A stretch of 64,000 bases of DNA from an uncultured Candidatus Peribacteria bacterium (GCA_964544625.1 CAZJBQ010000003.1:2658-66657), one strand, 5' to 3'. Shown: positions 35,015 to 47,824, counted from the stretch's first letter. Numbers and translations are program-made. The notes: generated by a model from the sequence alone, not told the origin.

Positions 35015-36547
35015 ATGAAAAAATTCATTATAGCATTACTCTTTCTCTCTGTTTCTGGAGTTTTTGCCGCTCCAAAAAATCTCACCGTCGGAGAGACTCT
35101 GACACTCTATTTCAATGAAATATTCCCCGATACATCAGAAGAAATCAATGATATCATGGTGAATTATGGTGACATCGGGAATCGTACATGACTGAGATCA
35201 GCCCTCCAGAGGGGGATTTACTATGGCATGCTCCCAAATACGTCTGCCTATCTCAAGCCTGATACAGTGATGACAGATAGAGCATTTGCGCTCCTTCTCA
35301 AGCGCCATTTTGGCGTGAAAATATCTTCGGACTTGTCGCCACTCACGATAGAAGATTATGAGAACTATATGACAGACATACGTATCTCGTACGTGTATTC
35401 ATTTCTTCAGGCGATTAATCAAAACACTCTCACTACCGTCCTCCAGCCAGCACTCCCGATGCCGCGTATCGCTGAAGCGGAGAAATATCATATTCTCGAT
35501 GATGTCTACTCTATCATACGTCAGAATCATCTCAATACAGCTACTATTACAGACAAAGATCTCCTCTATGGTGCTGCAGAGGGGATGACTGATGCGGCTG
35601 GTGATCCATATACCAAATTTTTCAGACCTGATGCGTCGACTGATTTTCACCAATCACTCGAGGGAAAAATCGCAGGCATAGGTGTCGTGATAGATATCGA
35701 TGCGACGGGATCAATCCTCGTGACGGATGTTATCGACCATAGTCCAGCGGAAAAAGCTGGCATCCTCCCAAATGATAAAATCGTCAAAGTGGCTGGAGTT
35801 ATCGTGACGACTCAGGACGGAATTGAAGACGATATCGCTCGTCTACGAGGCAAAGAAGGAACCACAGTAGATATCACGATTCTCTCTGGTAAAAAAGCGA
35901 AACAGATCACTATCACTCGTGCTGTTATTTCTATCCCTCTGATTGAAACAAAAATCCTCGATAAAGCCTATTACCTCAAGTATCGAGAAGTAGCATTTGG
36001 TTCCGACCATCTCATCGGAGATACTTTGCGAGCTTTTCTCAAAACTGGCAAAAAACGTCTCATCCTCGATCTGCGAGATAATCCAGGAGGTTCTATGCTT
36101 GAAACTCGCAATATCCTCAATTTTTTCATCGATAAAGGCAATCCTCTTGTCGTCCTCAAATATCCACAAACAGAAATTACTCACAAGGCTTCACAAGAAA
36201 AAATGACTGACTGGTCACAGTATGAAATCGTGATTATTATCAATCAAGATACTGCTTCTGCTGCAGAAGTTATCACGACAACTCTTCGTGAGTATTTCCC
36301 AAAGACGGTTGCGGTGGTTGGTGAAACATCGTACGGGAAAGGAACTGTCCAAGAGCTAGTACCATTTGACGATGGTTCTCTCCTAAAATATACAATAGCT
36401 GCTTGGGTGACACCAAAAGACCAAAAATCTATTGATAAAATAGGTATCACTCCTGATAAAACAGTTGTGTTTGATAAAACTATCTGGCTCAATAAACATA
36501 TAGATACTCAGTTCCTCGCTGCTGAGAAATACCTCTTCCAGATATAG
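35015..36547 (+). CDS. S41 family C-terminal processing peptidase
   Basis: Signal peptide MKKFIIALLFLSVSGVFA, a PDZ region (GIGVVIDID...SPAEKAGILPNDKIVKV), then LILDLRDNPGGS and ASAAE. Joins across TGA at 35189. 510 aa. Confidence 0.85.
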
Positions 36548-36551
36548 TTAT

Positions 36552-39500
36552 TTAGTTGTCATCATCATCGCCACGTCACTGTCACTGTTGACCTTGTCCG
36601 TGTGATTCTGGCACATTATCGCTGTGTTGTATTTGTTCGCCTTGTTGTGGCTGCGCTGGTGTTGTGTTATCTGTTCTGAGGCCTGCTTCCGTTGTGCTGA
36701 GAATGTCAGATATTTTATCATGCACATCAGGTTTTTTCTTAGCTTTCTTTGCTGTTCCGCTTCCTGTATCGAGCTCTGCTACTGATTTGCCTCGTAGATC
36801 TTCTTCTGAAGAAACTACTTTTTCAAATCGTTGCCACATCTTAGTGCGATATCGTATACTGGCCGCAAAACCTTCTGTTGCAGCAATTCTCTGAGCAGTG
36901 GCATTGACGCCTTCCATCTTGATTTTCCAATCTGCGAATATGGCATTGAGCTCAGGACTTGCGCCTGTTTTGGTGAGCGTACGGATGTCAGCCATACCGA
37001 GTATCATCGCTGCGACGTTATAGTACGAACATTTGGTTTCTGTATTAAATTTCGCCTGGTTCATAAGTCGATACACGCCACCAACATTCTTTTCAAAAAT
37101 AGTTTGGCTCATTTTATCTATGTATTTTTTTGCTGTTTCTCCCTTGAATCACATGTTTTTTGCCATGTCTGTACACATGTCAGGGATTTTATCAAAGAAT
37201 CAGCGCATATCGTTGAATATACCATCTCCTTTGGTACCATCTCCTTTGGTAAATGCGTCTTCTAGGTTGGCATCGATATAAGCATCCCAGTCAATCCAGA
37301 ACATCGGATAACCATTATCAAATCCTTTTCTAAATCGGAAATGATCTCCTTCGTAGTAAGCTCATCATCGTATATTTGAGTGCGCAGCACTATTTTGCAT
37401 ATCATAGAGCCTATCGTAGTAGGATTTGATAGCCGGTGATTTTTTTTGTAGTTGTTCGTAATGCTCTCTTTTTTCGGCAGGGAGATCCTTCATCATCTCA
37501 TTAAACAATGCAGGATCATTGATCATGAGATTGAGCATCGGGTCGCGCATACCCGTCATTTTGTGCATGATTTCTTTGCCATGTTTTCTCCAGAGAGCTT
37601 CAAAGCGTTTTCTCCATGTACTTGTTTTACTGTCTTCTCAGCGCCCACCTGCTCTCTCGTCTATGAGACTCTGGAGTTCTTTTCCGACTGCTGGACTAAT
37701 AGTGTAAGCAAAAGCGACCCCAGTTTCTCGAAATATATTTCCGAGGTTACGGTTCTGCATAAAGACAAACATTGGTACTTTTGCATTGCCTTGAAATGCT
37801 TCACGAAGACTCTCTTGAGTATCAGGCAACATCTGCTGTTCACGAGAAGCGAAGAGCATCGCTGCATATGGCATAGTTGATACTTCAGTTGGATATCATT
37901 CTCTGAGCCAAGGCTCAATAGCTCCTCCGAGAGTTTCAGTGAGTTTTGAGTGAAGAGCTGACCCCATCATCCAGTCGAGTTTGCTCTCCATGGTGAGTCG
38001 TTCTGCGAGATTACCGACACCACCATCTTTGAGGCTCTCATGTCATTTTTTCATGTATTTCTGGAAACGTCGTCCGAGGTTTTTGAGCATCGGATGTTGG
38101 AATTTATCAAAGAGTTCTCTCGTCATCTGTATTTCACTGAGCATATTACCTTCCTTATCCACTGGATAAGGTTCATGGGGCATGTGATGTGGGAATTGCT
38201 TTTCATCGACATTGGTGACGACGTGTCGGACGTTGTTGTAGAAATGCCATTGTCCACGTGAGTCTTTTTTTGAACCATCATCATATGGATAAAGATGGCT
38301 GAAGTTGTGAAACGAGGCAAACATGGCTGCCATGAATTTCGGATCAGGGAAGTGATAGGATGACCATTTTTTGATCAGACGGACACGATGGTAACTACCC
38401 ATGCCATCGATTTTGTTGACGAGTTCGTCGAGGTAGCTCTGGAAACTCCCGTTTCCATCCGCAACCATGATTGATGGCCACTCTGCCCAGTTGAGGATCC
38501 CTGCAATAGGTCATTTTCCGCTCTGAAGTTTTTCCATCGCGAGTGCCGCAGTGAGCTTACCAGCGAAGGCGTGGTCTTTGTGGTGTTGTTCTTCCCAGGC
38601 TTTGTATGGTGCTTTCCAGAGGTCACCGTGGAGAATAGTTCCCCAACTATGTGCATGGAGAAAGACATTGAGCCAACTCATACCGCCACCTTTATATTCG
38701 ACTTCTTGTTGATATGTGTCTCCTTTTTCTGGTGGTTTTTCGAGTTCACAATTATTCGACTGGAGATACGCCCAGAGCCATGATAGTTGCATAGTCATAC
38801 TCCCCGTACCTTTGAACCCAGCTCGTTGTGTTATCTTTCCAGTTTTTTTATCAAATTTTTCACTCTTGTATGTTCCCATACGGAGCGTGACTTCTTCACC
38901 ATGGATACTCTCGATATAGAGGTCTTGTTTTTCGCCCACTCGTACGATAGACATACTCTGAAATACGCCTGTATTGGTATCTACTTTTCAGAATTCTAAA
39001 CCTTTTTTTCCTTCCTGAATGGTGATATCTTTATATTTTTTATGTCGTCATTCTCTGTTATGTTTTTCACTTCCCATCATGACTTTGAACTGGTCGACGC
39101 CGAATTTTTTACCTCGGGTAGGAACACGATAGGTTTCTTTTCTTATTTCTTTTTGTTGTTTGAGGATATTGAGGAAATCTCCAAATGAATACGACTTGAT
39201 AGATCGTTCTCCTGATCCCCACCCATCCCAGAGAGTCACCTCTCATCCGTCTCCTGTTGCGGGATCAGAGTCGGTGATAGATTTAATCTGAAATGTATTA
39301 AAACTCTCATCATTGCCCACAAGAGCAATAATCATGCCTTCATGGATTTTTCTCTCTTCTGGTTTTTCTGCTTCGAGTCATTTTGACTTATCGTAGAGGA
39401 GTTCGTCGACTTCTTTGTCGAGCACTTCTCGAGAGGGTATATTGGTACTACCAAATTTTTCTCTCAACACTTCTTTTACTTCGTCATCGGTTCTCATTTT

Positions 39501-41054
39501 TGAGCCGTCTTTGACGACTTCTTTTTCGAGTTCAGAGCCCTCTATGAAATCAATCGTTCCATTGTCACTACAGCCAGAGAGGTAATGATAGAGTTCTGGC
39601 CCAGAATAAAATAATGGCATCCCAGCTGGTGAAACGGGATTTTTGTTATTTCCGAGGAATCTGAGTTTCGCGACACCTTCTTCTTCGAGAGATTCAGGGA
39701 GGAGGTGATCAACAGCATAATATCCAACCATCGATATATTCCCATCTTTATCTTTTTGTCGCCAGACCATGACATTTCCTTCTTTGAATTTATCGAGATT
39801 GGTGATTTTATTTCCGAGTTTTGCGGTGATTTCAGCCAAGAAACCACTCTGTGTCATGACTTTCTCAGAGTGGAGCCCGTGTGTTCGGAGAAATGCATTT
39901 TTGTAATCGATACCTACCCCGCGTAATGAGCCAGGTTTTCCTTGCCAGAAATTTCTCTGTTGTTCTATTTTTCGAGCTGATCCAAATCGACCCAAGAGAC
40001 GCACTTGTGTTTCGAACGGGAGATTGCGTGTGACGATATTTGTATCGGTGAGTCCTGTGAGGTATTCGTTTTTGGCTGTATTTTCTCTGTCCTCACGGAC
40101 GTATCTGTCCATCTCGGCGTCACCAGTGGCTATATCGTTCGTGAGAGGAGCGTGTTTTGCTAGGATATCTTTTGCGGCTTTTGGATCGACTGATTCCACG
40201 GCATCGTACGTGACGAGTGGGAGATATTGTCGTGAGAGGAATCCCAGTATTCTCTTTTTATTTTCTTTGGAAATGAGAGTATTTTCGTCGGAGAAAAATT
40301 TCTCAAAATCAGCGCTGAGATTGCCTTCTGAACCATTTGCTTGGATACGTCTTATGGCATCTTGCATGCTTTCACCGTCCTCAAGTTTAAATCCTCACAT
40401 GATACTCCGCCATGCGTCTTGTATACCACGACTGTTGGGATTATTCGGAGGGAGTTTCGTAATCTCAGTATTGAGCGTTTCGAAATCTATATCATCGAGC
40501 GTTTTGGCTTTGAGCTCAGAAACGAGTGCCTGATCGAGACGTTTTTTCCGATAACTCGGTATCTCGAGAAATGAACGAATAGTTTTTGTGCTTTCTTTTT
40601 TGAGTACTTTTCTGAGAGTTTTTTTATGATCATCGGCTAGCCCCTCGTACTCGTCTGCCACCACTTCGATAGCGCCTTCTATCATCTCATCTTTTGCTGT
40701 GTCTTTGAGCTTCTGACTATGCTCTATATGGTACATGAGTTGATTTTCAAAACAGCCTGTTTTTGATAAAAATGCATCAATATCAGTATCCGAGTCGCCT
40801 GAGAGGCCCATTTTTCCTCTATTCTCTGGTGAGAGTGTTTTGAGTCTTTTTTTGAATTCTTCCTTGAGCTTATCTCGTGAGAGCGTGCTCTGGTGGAATT
40901 GTTTGATGAAGTCTTTGAATGCTGGATCTTTGATTGATTCTTCGCAAAATTGTCTGGTTTTCCGTACTTGTTCACCCACTATATCATGCTCTTGGCCTTG
41001 CTGTTCGAGGTTTTCTAGATTCTCTCCTGGTCATGTAGTGCTCCCAGGTAACAT
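36552..41054 (-). CDS. Giant hypothetical protein (1500 aa)
   Basis: Eight minus-strand track ORFs (40395.., 39378.., 39048.., 38511.., 38043.., 37638.., 37365.., 36582..) all share one frame. I translated the junctions and they contain only TGA. ATG at 41054 is preceded by an in-frame TAA. TAA at 36552-36554. Confidence 0.7.
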
Positions 41055-41097
41055 GATTGTATTTTACATTCAAAACTAAAAAAGGCAAAAGAGAAAA

Positions 41098-42009
41098 CTA
41101 CGATTGTTGTTTTTTCCATGCATTCCACCCACTCGCTACGACAAATGCGAGAGCCAAAAGTATCCATAACTCTGGGCCTGTCTGTACTTTTGTTTGTTGT
41201 TTGACTGTTGGTTTTGGTTTATCATCTTTTTTTGTTTCTTCTGCACCAGCTGCATTGAGTGGTGGTAGTACATCTGTTTTTGCAGGATCTACGGTGCCTG
41301 TCTCAGAGGGGAGAGGAGCAGCATTGAGATTTGGGACTTCTACGACTGGTTTTGGTGTTGGAGGAGTCACTTTTGGAGTCTCAACTACTGGGCCTGTAGT
41401 GACTGGTACAGGTGGTTTGATAGCTGCAGAAGCTGCTTGTTCATCGACAGTAGGTTTGAATTTACCGAGAACACAGATATTTCTATCTTTTGGCTGGCCA
41501 TCTTGATTGATTTTTGGATCAAATGGTCGGACTGTGAGAGGCGCGAGGAAAATAATTGTGTCATCTGGTTTCTTTCCTTCGACATGGACGGTTGATTTTG
41601 CCTTGAGACGATAAAGCCCGACTTCTTCATCCTTTTTTACGATAGCTTCTTTGTGATCTGGAAATGGATCCCAGATAAGTGTCTCATGATTTTCCCAGAG
41701 GTCTTCTGGTTTTTCTGGTTTACTGGTGACAGTGATTTCACTTTTGATGCTTGGGAGCTCTTGTTCGTTGCTGTAGATGATTTCAAACAGGTCACCGCTT
41801 TGATTTTTCCATGGGATTTTTATTTCGGTGATATCGCTCGACCAGCCTTCTTTGCTTGTCTGAGAGGCAAAAGTCTCTTCATAACAAACGTCACAAGAGT
41901 TTTTATCAAATGATGGATGTGTCGTACAGGCTACACCCTTGACCTCTGCAAAAGCTGAGAGACTGAGAAGTGTCGCTCCGATGAGCACAATTGAGTGGGA
42001 AAGTTTCAT
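41098..42009 (-). CDS. Surface protein: signal peptide, Pro-rich linker, C-terminal anchor (303 aa)
   Basis: MKLSHSIVLIGATLLSLSAFA signal peptide, a PVPVTTGPVVETPKVTPPTPKP linker, and a C-terminal ...VQTGPELWILLALAFVVASGWNAWKKQQS. Confidence 0.7.
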   Translation of the reverse strand: MKLSHSIVLIGATLLSLSAFAEVKGVACTTHPSFDKNSCDVCYEETFASQTSKEGWSSDITEIKIPWKNQSGDLFEIIYSNEQELPSIKSEITVTSKPEKPEDLWENHETLIWDPFPDHKEAIVKKDEEVGLYRLKAKSTVHVEGKKPDDTIIFLAPLTVRPFDPKINQDGQPKDRNICVLGKFKPTVDEQAASAAIKPPVPVTTGPVVETPKVTPPTPKPVVEVPNLNAAPLPSETGTVDPAKTDVLPPLNAAGAEETKKDDKPKPTVKQQTKVQTGPELWILLALAFVVASGWNAWKKQQS

Positions 42010-42071
42010 AAATACAAGGTTACTCCTCTATAGTACTAGAGTTTTAACGGAAAAGCAAATATATCACTCTC

Positions 42072-43034
42072 TTATTTTTTTGCAGGTATGGCTTTGAGTT
42101 CCCAACCTGACTTTTTGAACATGATATGGTCAAAACTATTTTTGTAGAGAGGCTCAATCTGATAGCCTAATTCTTCGAGTTTGTAGCCTGTTTCTTTGAT
42201 AAAATCTTCGATAACTTTCGCAGCATCTGCTTTGGTTGTCTTGGCTTGTACGTCCTGGAAGAGTGCCACGACTGTGACATATTGTACGATTGCCTCACGG
42301 ATATCATTTCGAATCTCTGAGCTCGTCTTGGTACACAGGCTGAGGAGGAGTTTGAAGTCCTCTGGTGTTTCTTTTTCTGGATCGAGCATTTCTCGATATT
42401 GTCTGAGATTCTGAGCAGCGGATTGGAAATATATCTCATTCACCCCTGCATCTCTCGTGTACTGGAGCAGGTCAACAATATAATTGAGACAACCATTATA
42501 TATCGCTGGATGTTTGCCGATAACTGGTTTTCGACGATAAAAATATGCACAAGCTCGGACAGTTTCATAGGCTTGGAATTCTTCGTGAATCTTGGTATTT
42601 ACAGCATCCAAGAGACTTCGGAGCTCCTCGAGGTCACTGATGACATCGAGATTGTAGAGCCCATCTATGTATTTCTGAGGCATTTCATCATATTCATGGA
42701 TACCCTTAAACGGATCGGCATATTTTTTACCACCTTGAGACCAGATAAAGACTGTTTTTCGGAAATGGAGGAGTACCTTGTCACACGTTTCATGCGCATA
42801 GGCATTACGCGCACTCACAAAGAGATTCTTTTCTTGGAGTTCTCGTTTGATTAGTGTATTGCGTGCGAGAGTGGCATTGTTGTAGTACACATTGGCATTT
42901 TCTGTGAGTTCTTTTTTGATTCTCTCTTCTGAGATGACATCACTGAATACGTCAAAAAAATCATGTATATCCGGTTGTGCTCGATAATGCTCGATATGTT
43001 GATCGACAACGAGTTGGCTGAGAGTATTTTCCAT
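42072..43034 (-). CDS. Hypothetical protein (320 aa)
   Basis: Intact ATG-to-TAA ORF with no TGA. First gene of the minus-strand cluster that ends with the giant ORF. Confidence 0.65.
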   Translation of the reverse strand: MENTLSQLVVDQHIEHYRAQPDIHDFFDVFSDVISEERIKKELTENANVYYNNATLARNTLIKRELQEKNLFVSARNAYAHETCDKVLLHFRKTVFIWSQGGKKYADPFKGIHEYDEMPQKYIDGLYNLDVISDLEELRSLLDAVNTKIHEEFQAYETVRACAYFYRRKPVIGKHPAIYNGCLNYIVDLLQYTRDAGVNEIYFQSAAQNLRQYREMLDPEKETPEDFKLLLSLCTKTSSEIRNDIREAIVQYVTVVALFQDVQAKTTKADAAKVIEDFIKETGYKLEELGYQIEPLYKNSFDHIMFKKSGWELKAIPAKK

Positions 43035-43158
43035 AGTGAAAAAAGAATTACCTCCATAGAGTACCCTATATTTTCTGGGGATGCAAATATTTTAACTCCG
43101 TTTTTATACGCATCCTCGTTTATATTTGACTTTTCATATAATTATTTATATTACAGCA

Positions 43159-43803
43159 ATGCCTGACGTAAATTTTAATCATCCAGAAATAGATACAGAG
43201 CTTCTTCCGTGTCATGACCACACTGTTCCAGAAGTTGCTGACATCACCACTCAAGTTGCCGAGCATTTTTGAAAAGCTATGCGGTTATTTATCTGACTCA
43301 AAAAAGCAGGAAAATTGGGGAGTACGAGTATTGTAGCACATCGTGCATTTGTTGGTTGTATTTCTCATCATCATGATACGGCAACTGTTGAATGTGCTGA
43401 TCCTCGTTATTTTGGTAATGAGCCTCAGGAATTTTATTTTTATGAAACTGCTGAACAAAAGAGGGTAATTCCATATACAAGTTTGGAGGTTGTGAGAGAT
43501 GGTTCTGTTTCTTCGTGACCACCGAGATATTATATCAAATTTCATCATGAACAGGATTTACCTATTGGTTATTTTGACGACAAAACTCACACCTATCATG
43601 CCATAGGTGATGATGATTTTCAGGCACATTGAAAAATGCTGCTTCAGAAAATGCTTCAAACTGGTTTCGTGAGTTTTTTGGCATGACACTCAGAATCACT
43701 GACGACTGAGCAGGTAAGGACATTACTGTCTCGAAATATTCCCCGATTAGGAGATGCTATGATTGCAGATTTACAGCAAGCTATTGCCCAAATTAAACAG
43801 TAG
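43159..43803 (+). CDS. Hypothetical protein (214 aa)
   Basis: ATG at 43159 is in frame with ORF 43315..43518. Five in-frame TGA, TAG at 43801-43803. Confidence 0.5.
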
Positions 43804-45571
43804 TTTCAAACTCCGCGAGCCATCCCTCAATTGTCGCGAATGCATCGCTATAAAACGCTGGTTGTGTGACGTCGATATCGATAGACTGGAGGATTTCGAC
43901 AGGTGGGACGCTTCCGCCAGAAGAGAGAAGTTTCACATAATCATCGATCATCGCTGCTCCTTCGCGCTTGTATTTCTCGACGAGAGCGAGAGAGACGAGC
44001 ATGCCAAACGAATAGGCGTAACAATAAAATGGTGTCGAGAAGATATGTGGAATTGCTGACCAAGTGTAGTTTTTTTCTGGTGGTAGTATCGGTGTCACGA
44101 CATCACCTCCGAGTTTTTTTGATTCTTCGTCCCACCAGAGATTGAGTTCTTTGTAGGTCATTTCGCTGCCTCCGTGGATATGCTCGTGGACACGTCGTTC
44201 GAAGCTGACATACATGATTTGACGGTGAATAGAGCCAAAGACATCGAGGAGTTTTTGATTGAGGAGTTCGAGTTTTTCTTCAGGGGAGAGTGTCGCCTGA
44301 ATTTTCTCCATGAGGAGAGATTCTGAGAAAATACTCGCTGTCTCTGCGAGGACGAGCGGTGCGTCGTAGACAGGGGATTTCTGGACTTGTGCGAGGTGAC
44401 CATGGATAGCATGTCCGAGCTCGTGTGCGAGGGTAAAACTATCATCGACTGTCTCGGTATAATTCAGGAGTACAAAACTCTCGATTCCTTTGTCATAGCT
44501 CGCAAAAGCTCCGCCTCGTTTTCCTGCTTTTGGAAAGGCATCGACACGACCTGCTTCGAGCATATCGCGAGCGTAGTTGCCAAATCGGCTATCAAATCCC
44601 GCAAACATTTCCATCACAGTTTTGCATGCTTCTTCGTAGGGGATTTTTTTCTCGATTTTGAAAATCGGTGCATGGACATCGTAGCCGTAGAGCGTATCGA
44701 GTCCGAGATGTTTCTGTTTCGCACGGAGAAATCGCTGATAGAGCGGATAAAATTTCTGTACTTCAGACATGAGTGTATCGACGACATTATCGGGGACTTG
44801 TTCGCTGATATTGCGCTTGCTCATCACTGTCTTGTAGCCTCGGAGTTCCATCGAAGAGCTCCAGTTTTTCACGATACCTGTGTAGAGATTGCCGAGCGTG
44901 ATCTGATTCTGATGGACGAGATAGACACTGTTCATCGATTCTGCTGCTTTCCGACGAATATCACGATTTGGATTTTTTGCGAACGCTCTGATTTCTTCTT
45001 CAGTCAGTTTTTTCTGCGTGCCGTCTTCTTCTGTCCAAGGAAATTCAAACGAACTTCGGAGTTCTTCATGCAGTCCAAAAATACCCAGTGCACGAGACTT
45101 CTTTGTGAGAGCTCGCTCGACTGCTTCTTCCAAGACATACTGGACGCTATTTGCTGTCTCGATGAGATCATTGCGGTAGGCTGCGAGAAGAGGGGATTCG
45201 GCGAAAGCACGGATTTTTTCTGCTCCCAATTCTTTCCATTCTTGGCTCACAAAGAGCGTCAGTTCTGAGAGTTGAATCCCCAGATATTCGAGCTCTCCCA
45301 CTTTCTTCTGAACTTCGGTGTCCTGAGTATCGAGCGCTGAGAGATACGACAAATAGTGCATCGTCTTCTTGCCGACCATGTCCATCGTCTCGTTGTACTC
45401 GTAGTATTCGAGGACTTCTTCGGGCGTAGTGAACGTACGGATTTTTCATTTATACCGCTCAGCATACGCTTGCGTGACCGGAAGCCATGTCGCTATATCG
45501 GCATCGATACGTGCATCAGTGAGGCTGTTGTAGAAGTAATGGGGAAGGTTCCAGGAGGTGGGGAGGGACAT
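43793..45571 (-). CDS. pepF: Oligoendopeptidase F (M3B)
   Basis: TLAHELGHAIH zinc motif in a 530-aa ORF. The N-terminal 62 aa are reached across one TGA (ATG at 45571). Confidence 0.9.
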
Positions 45572-45575
45572 ATGA

Positions 45576-46328
45576 TTAGAGTTGCATAATTTCGGTAGGG
45601 TCTATCTTGAATTGGAGCATATTTGCTGAATCTCTTCAGCCATCTCATCATTTTCTTTGAACTGTTATTCTTCAAATGTTTATGCTTCATCGAGGTGATA
45701 TTTTAATCTCACCATTACCATAGTAGTTCATTACTTCTCAAATTGGTTTTAGAACCCATTCATACAGTGATGTTTTTCTTATAACAAGCATCCATTCAGC
45801 ACAAAAGTCACCACGACCACGAATTATATCGCTTACAATCATGATTTTATTTTGTTTAAAAAAATTTAGTATGGTTGTCTGTTCTTGTGAGGACATTTCA
45901 TGTAAAAACATTCGTCTCTTATCTTTTGTTCATTTTTTGTAAGGTTTCTTTTCTCCACAAAAATAGGCAAGTAGCTCATAAACATCTTCCGGTATGCCCC
46001 ACATCTCTTTGTAGTTTTTGAGCCATCTTTTATCAATTTGGTTAAATCAAGAATCATTAGATACAAGTTTTACGGATATGTTCTGTAAATCTATTGCATC
46101 TTGAAGTTTTATGATAATTTTTACTTGCACCTGAACATCTGTTTTATTTCCCATTGGCACTTTAACCGCTTTTACATATTCTATTTTTTTTAAATCATAT
46201 CCCATGGTTGTGAGCCATTTTTGTGCAATTTCATTATGCTGCCAATCATTGAATATCTCAATAATGTCTGCTTCATTCTGGAATCATTGTTTTGCTGTCT
46301 GAGATCAGCGTTGTATTGGGTCGAGCAT
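45576..46328 (-). CDS. Putative type II restriction endonuclease (250 aa)
   Basis: Translated line by line with no TAA or TAG, about 10 in-frame TGA. It overlaps the 3' end of the adjacent C5-MTase gene. ...MGNKTDVQVQVKI...ISVKLVS...ITVQRK[GG]D[GG]RDSANMLQFKI loosely recalls MspI/HpaII-type enzymes, from memory only. Confidence 0.55.
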
Positions 46329-47304
46329 AAGAATTTTGATGAGATATAAAAGTGGCAAGAGATTTACCGAGTGCTTCAATTACATTTACCGACATAGCAT
46401 TACCCGCTTGACCGAGTAAGTCTTGGTCAGGAATTGTTCATTGAGTCTTGATTGCCTTGTTATAATCAATTCATTGTAATAATAGTGCCTCTAATCCTGA
46501 AATATCTCGCAATTTACCATCTCGAACATAGAGAAGCCCATGTCTGCCCGTGCGTAATGTTGGAGAAAAATCCTTATAGAAACGAATGTCACTTTGTCGT
46601 GTATCAATTATGTATCATGTTTTTTTCAGTAGATCATTTATTGTTATAGATCATTTATTGTATTTATTTTTTAAATAATGTTCTAATGTATTTAACCTGC
46701 TTTCGCTTAATACATATTTTGATGATTTTTCGATGAGATATTTTTCTAATCCTACTTTATGTTTTTTTTCTGGGAAACTTAACTTTGTCTGAAAAGGTCA
46801 TAAATCTTTTCTTATTCATAAAAAGTAAACTCTATCTCTTGATTGGGGGAGACCGTAATCTATTGTATTTAAAACTTCCCATTTAACGTAGTATCCTGCA
46901 TCATTAAGCAATTCAACAATACTTTTTATAGTTTTCCCATTTTCGTGATTTACGAGTCATTTTACATTTTCTAAAATAAAATACTTTATTTTTCTTTCTT
47001 TAAGTATTTTGGTAATTCAAAAAATAATTTGTCATCTTGGATCTTCCATTCATTTTCTTTGCCCCATTACGGAGAAAGTCTGACAAGGAAATCAGGCTAT
47101 CAATATATCAAAATGAGGCAATTCTGAGCTATTAATTTTCATTAGATCTCAGAAATTTCTTTCTTCATGTCAATAAAAAGTACGATAAGTTCATTCCGCT
47201 TTTTTATTTATTTCTGAGAAAGCTACACACTGAAATCAAGCTCGTTCAAGACCTAAACGACCACATCAAATCCCTGCACAGAAATCCATAAACGTGTAAA
47301 TCAT
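46234..47304 (-). CDS. DNA (cytosine-5)-methyltransferase
   Basis: Motif I FCAGI[G]CG, motif IV [G]FPCQTFS, motif VI ENVK[G]L, motif VIII QSRDRVYF, motif X GNAMSVNV. 356 aa with 19 in-frame TGA. No track ORF of 60 aa or more lies in this gene's reading frame. Confidence 0.85.
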
Positions 47305-47414
47305 CAATATATGGAGAATATATAAAAGTTATCTTGATTATCTCTAAAACTTAATCCTATACAATCTAAATTTCTATAAAATATCTTGACTTCAATTTTT
47401 ACCTTTATCTTGTC

Positions 47415-47807
47415 CTATACTCTAGGAATCTCCTCCTCTAATATCACATTCCCAGCTGTGTCATAATAGGTACAGGTCATCGCTTCTGTATCGACAGTCC
47501 ATTTTTCTACGCCTGCGTTTGCGGCGTCTTGGCTAAACTGGAAATAGTCAGTTTCTCCTCGCTGATGAGCTTTCAGTCTTTCGGCGAAAGTGTCGGCGTC
47601 GCTCATCTCTGCGATAGGGTAGACAGGATGATGAGTGGGTCAGGTGAGAGTGAATCCGTCAGTACCGAAATACTCAGCGTGTCCGTCGGTCACGTAGGCG
47701 TCGTATTTGGTGACTCCGAGTTCTCGGATGTCGTGGGCGAATTTCGGAAAGTCGGCACCGCTTTTGACGCTTGCATGAGCTTCGTCTATTTGATTGAGAG
47801 TGAACAT
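47415..47807 (-). CDS. DUF1398-like protein (130 aa)
   Basis: ATG at 47807 is in frame with ORF 47415..47606 across one TGA. The overall pattern recalls DUF1398, from memory. Confidence 0.5.
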
Positions 47808-47824
47808 GAGTTTTTAATAAGTTG

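Noticed and set aside
44387-45268. A 293-aa plus-strand ORF.
   Set aside because: It is antisense to pepF, which carries the HELGH zinc motif and is continuous for 592 aa.
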